Shown: piece by piece, positions 62,302 to 64,000 of the stretch
How the letters are laid out: the number at the start of each line of letters is the position of its first letter
How positions within the stretch are numbered: the stretch's first letter is position 1
Origin: a virus
Taxonomy: Duplodnaviria; Caudoviricetes
Strand: one strand, 5' to 3'
Length of the DNA stretch: 64,000 bases
Virus record (IMG/VR): IMGVR_UViG_3300022555_000030
Coordinates: 1 to 64,000 of that record
The notes under the pieces: generated by a model
Database searches by the model: none
Told to the model about the DNA's origin: nothing
Seen by the model: only the letters and a program-made list of their open reading frames with translations
Position numbers and translations under genes: made by a program

Positions 62302-63048
62302 TTAGAATAGGTCTTCTACTTCTTGGATACTAACCCCATCTTGTTCTTTAGTAGAAACATTATTAGTAGGTACTGTATTAGTAGCAGTAACGGTATCTTT
62401 ATTCCTATTCCCTATAACAATATCTTCAATAGTAGGAGCTTCTGCTTTTGCTTTCATAACTTCTTCAGACATCTTACTAGGGTCTTTAGGAAGGAATGAA
62501 TAATGGGTACTCATACTCTCCCCAGTTCTTGTATATTTATAGTCTCTATCACAAAGAGTACCATATTCATTTACAAACTGTATAATGGATTCTTTAATAT
62601 ACCCATCTTTACCAAACTTAGTCCTAAGAATACGTAAACCATTTACAGTCTCTTTATAAAATACTTGGTTCCCTTGTTTAATAGGTTCCCATGATATTGC
62701 GTTGCTATCTTTATTAAGTGCTGGATTTTGATTCTTATGAGCAATAGAATATACATATACCAAGAATACGTATACATTCCTAGCAATATTCCCTGCCGCA
62801 CACCATTTGCAAGGTGCACCAGTCAAATGTTCATAACAATAAGTATCTTTATATTTTTTACCAGTCACAGCAATTTCTTCATATTCATGAATTTTTGTTT
62901 GGAGCATTTGCTCATCATCAATAAATCTGATAAGTGCAGTTTCACCAGATTTAATCCAAAGAAAATTCATTCTATTAGGATTAGTTTGCTGCTGTTCTGC
63001 AGGCTCCTCTGCCTTTTCTTGTATACCCTTAAGACCTTTAATAAACAT
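62302..63048 (-). CDS. Single-stranded DNA-binding protein (gp32-like)
   Basis: FLWIKSGETALIRF...H...C..CKWC...RDYKYTRTG...THYSFLP with an acidic tail ending EDLF. Confidence 0.7.
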   Translation of the reverse strand: MFIKGLKGIQEKAEEPAEQQQTNPNRMNFLWIKSGETALIRFIDDEQMLQTKIHEYEEIAVTGKKYKDTYCYEHLTGAPCKWCAAGNIARNVYVFLVYVYSIAHKNQNPALNKDSNAISWEPIKQGNQVFYKETVNGLRILRTKFGKDGYIKESIIQFVNEYGTLCDRDYKYTRTGESMSTHYSFLPKDPSKMSEEVMKAKAEAPTIEDIVIGNRNKDTVTATNTVPTNNVSTKEQDGVSIQEVEDLF

Positions 63049-63066
63049 TTTTTTATTTTCTCCTTT

Positions 63067-63921
63067 TTATATTGCTTCTTTTAATATTTTTTCTATTTCT
63101 TCTTTTGATAAATTATCTGGGTCTTTGCCCATTGGAAGTGTACAAATTCTTTTTATGAATCTAGAACCAAGTAATGTTCTTATTTTTAAACTTGCATTAA
63201 TTCCGGCTTGATCTCCATCAAGCATTGTATATACGTAATCTGTTACACCCCCTAATATTTTTATTTGATCTCTAGTTATATCAGCATGTAATAAAGCTAA
63301 TGCATTATGAAATCCTAATTGATGTAGGTATATACAATCTAAACTTCCCTCTACTAATATTATTGAAGTTGCTAATTTATCTAATTTACTTAATCCAAAT
63401 AATGTTTCTGATATTTTAGTTCCTGTAACATACTTATACTTCTTTGGGGCGTCCTTATTTATATACCTAATAATATATCCTTTATCCTCTACTGTAATTA
63501 CTATTGCATTCTCTGATTGCCAATATTGAATATTCCAATACTTAATAGTTTCTGTAGTAATACCTCTTTTATTTAAATATTCTTCCCCAATATTATTTAC
63601 AGCTAATGGTAATAAAGGAATTGAAGGAATAATCTTCCTATCTTCTTCTCTTTTATATGATAATTTATTAAAAATAACATCTTTTGCAGGTACACCAGCT
63701 ACACTAACACCAGTTAATTGAAAAATTAATTGATGAATACCCCTTCCTTTAAGGCAGCCTGCAAAACAATGATATACCCCTGTATCTAAATTGAAGAAAA
63801 AGCTAGGGTTTGAATCACTATGCTTTGGGCATTTGCAATTAACTTCTTTGCCCACTACTTTTACAATTTCAATATTTAATTTTTCTATTTGTTTTATTAT
63901 TTCTAAATCTTTATTATTCAT
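63067..63921 (-). CDS. DNA primase (CHC2 Zn finger plus TOPRIM)
   Basis: CPKHSDSNPSF...HCFAGC; LVEGSLD; LDGDQAG; KDPD. Confidence 0.92.
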   Translation of the reverse strand: MNNKDLEIIKQIEKLNIEIVKVVGKEVNCKCPKHSDSNPSFFFNLDTGVYHCFAGCLKGRGIHQLIFQLTGVSVAGVPAKDVIFNKLSYKREEDRKIIPSIPLLPLAVNNIGEEYLNKRGITTETIKYWNIQYWQSENAIVITVEDKGYIIRYINKDAPKKYKYVTGTKISETLFGLSKLDKLATSIILVEGSLDCIYLHQLGFHNALALLHADITRDQIKILGGVTDYVYTMLDGDQAGINASLKIRTLLGSRFIKRICTLPMGKDPDNLSKEEIEKILKEAI

Positions 63922-64000
63922 TTGTATTTATATTATATTCTTGATTAATAAATAGCAAAAGTATTATTACATAGATATTATGCCCTCATTAATATTAAAT

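Noticed and set aside
355-63084. Many short ORFs antisense to or overlapping long genes (e.g. 591-995, 1886-2173, 10683-10994, 25220-25531, 52278-52607, 62728-63084)
   Set aside because: Shadow ORFs opposite well-supported genes, without RBS or motifs.
1-64000. Prophage or bacterial chromosome origin
   Set aside because: No integrase, att site or host housekeeping block is seen; recA, dnaE, clpP and thyX are embedded in viral operons. Lifestyle and host cannot be determined from this window.

Overview
A 64-kb segment of a very AT-rich tailed dsDNA virus (Caudoviricetes, HK97 fold) using the standard genetic code. No host housekeeping genes, rRNA, recognisable tRNA, integrase or CRISPR array were seen. 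Layout: (1) 1-5.7 kb minus strand, virion genes (two paralogous decoration-like proteins, major capsid, scaffold). (2) 6.1-17.2 kb plus strand, intein-containing prohead protease, a 1500-aa multi-enzyme protein (HD, HipA/PI3K-like kinase, ADP-ribosyltransferase) and Lys-rich probable internal head proteins. (3) 17.2-38.3 kb plus strand, dense small accessory ORFs, including a 24.8-29.3 kb array joined by a conserved DNA junction motif, plus an amidoligase/amidotransferase pair. (4) 38.9-63.9 kb minus strand, two ClpP homologues, portal, terminase, PanD-like protein, class II RNR with two inteins, and a replication/nucleotide module (RuvC, Cas4-like nuclease, dCMP deaminase, RecA, DnaE, ThyX, dUTPase, SSB, primase). 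The best leads are the junction-linked micro-gene array with a nine-member paralogue family, a recurring hydrophobic-K-[S/A/G] motif in head-associated proteins that may mark protease-processed injected effectors, a promoter with fixed but non-canonical spacing, GACTACCT repeat arrays, and a stop-interrupted PEP-CTERM-like gene. All family assignments come from motif recognition by eye; no database search was run.
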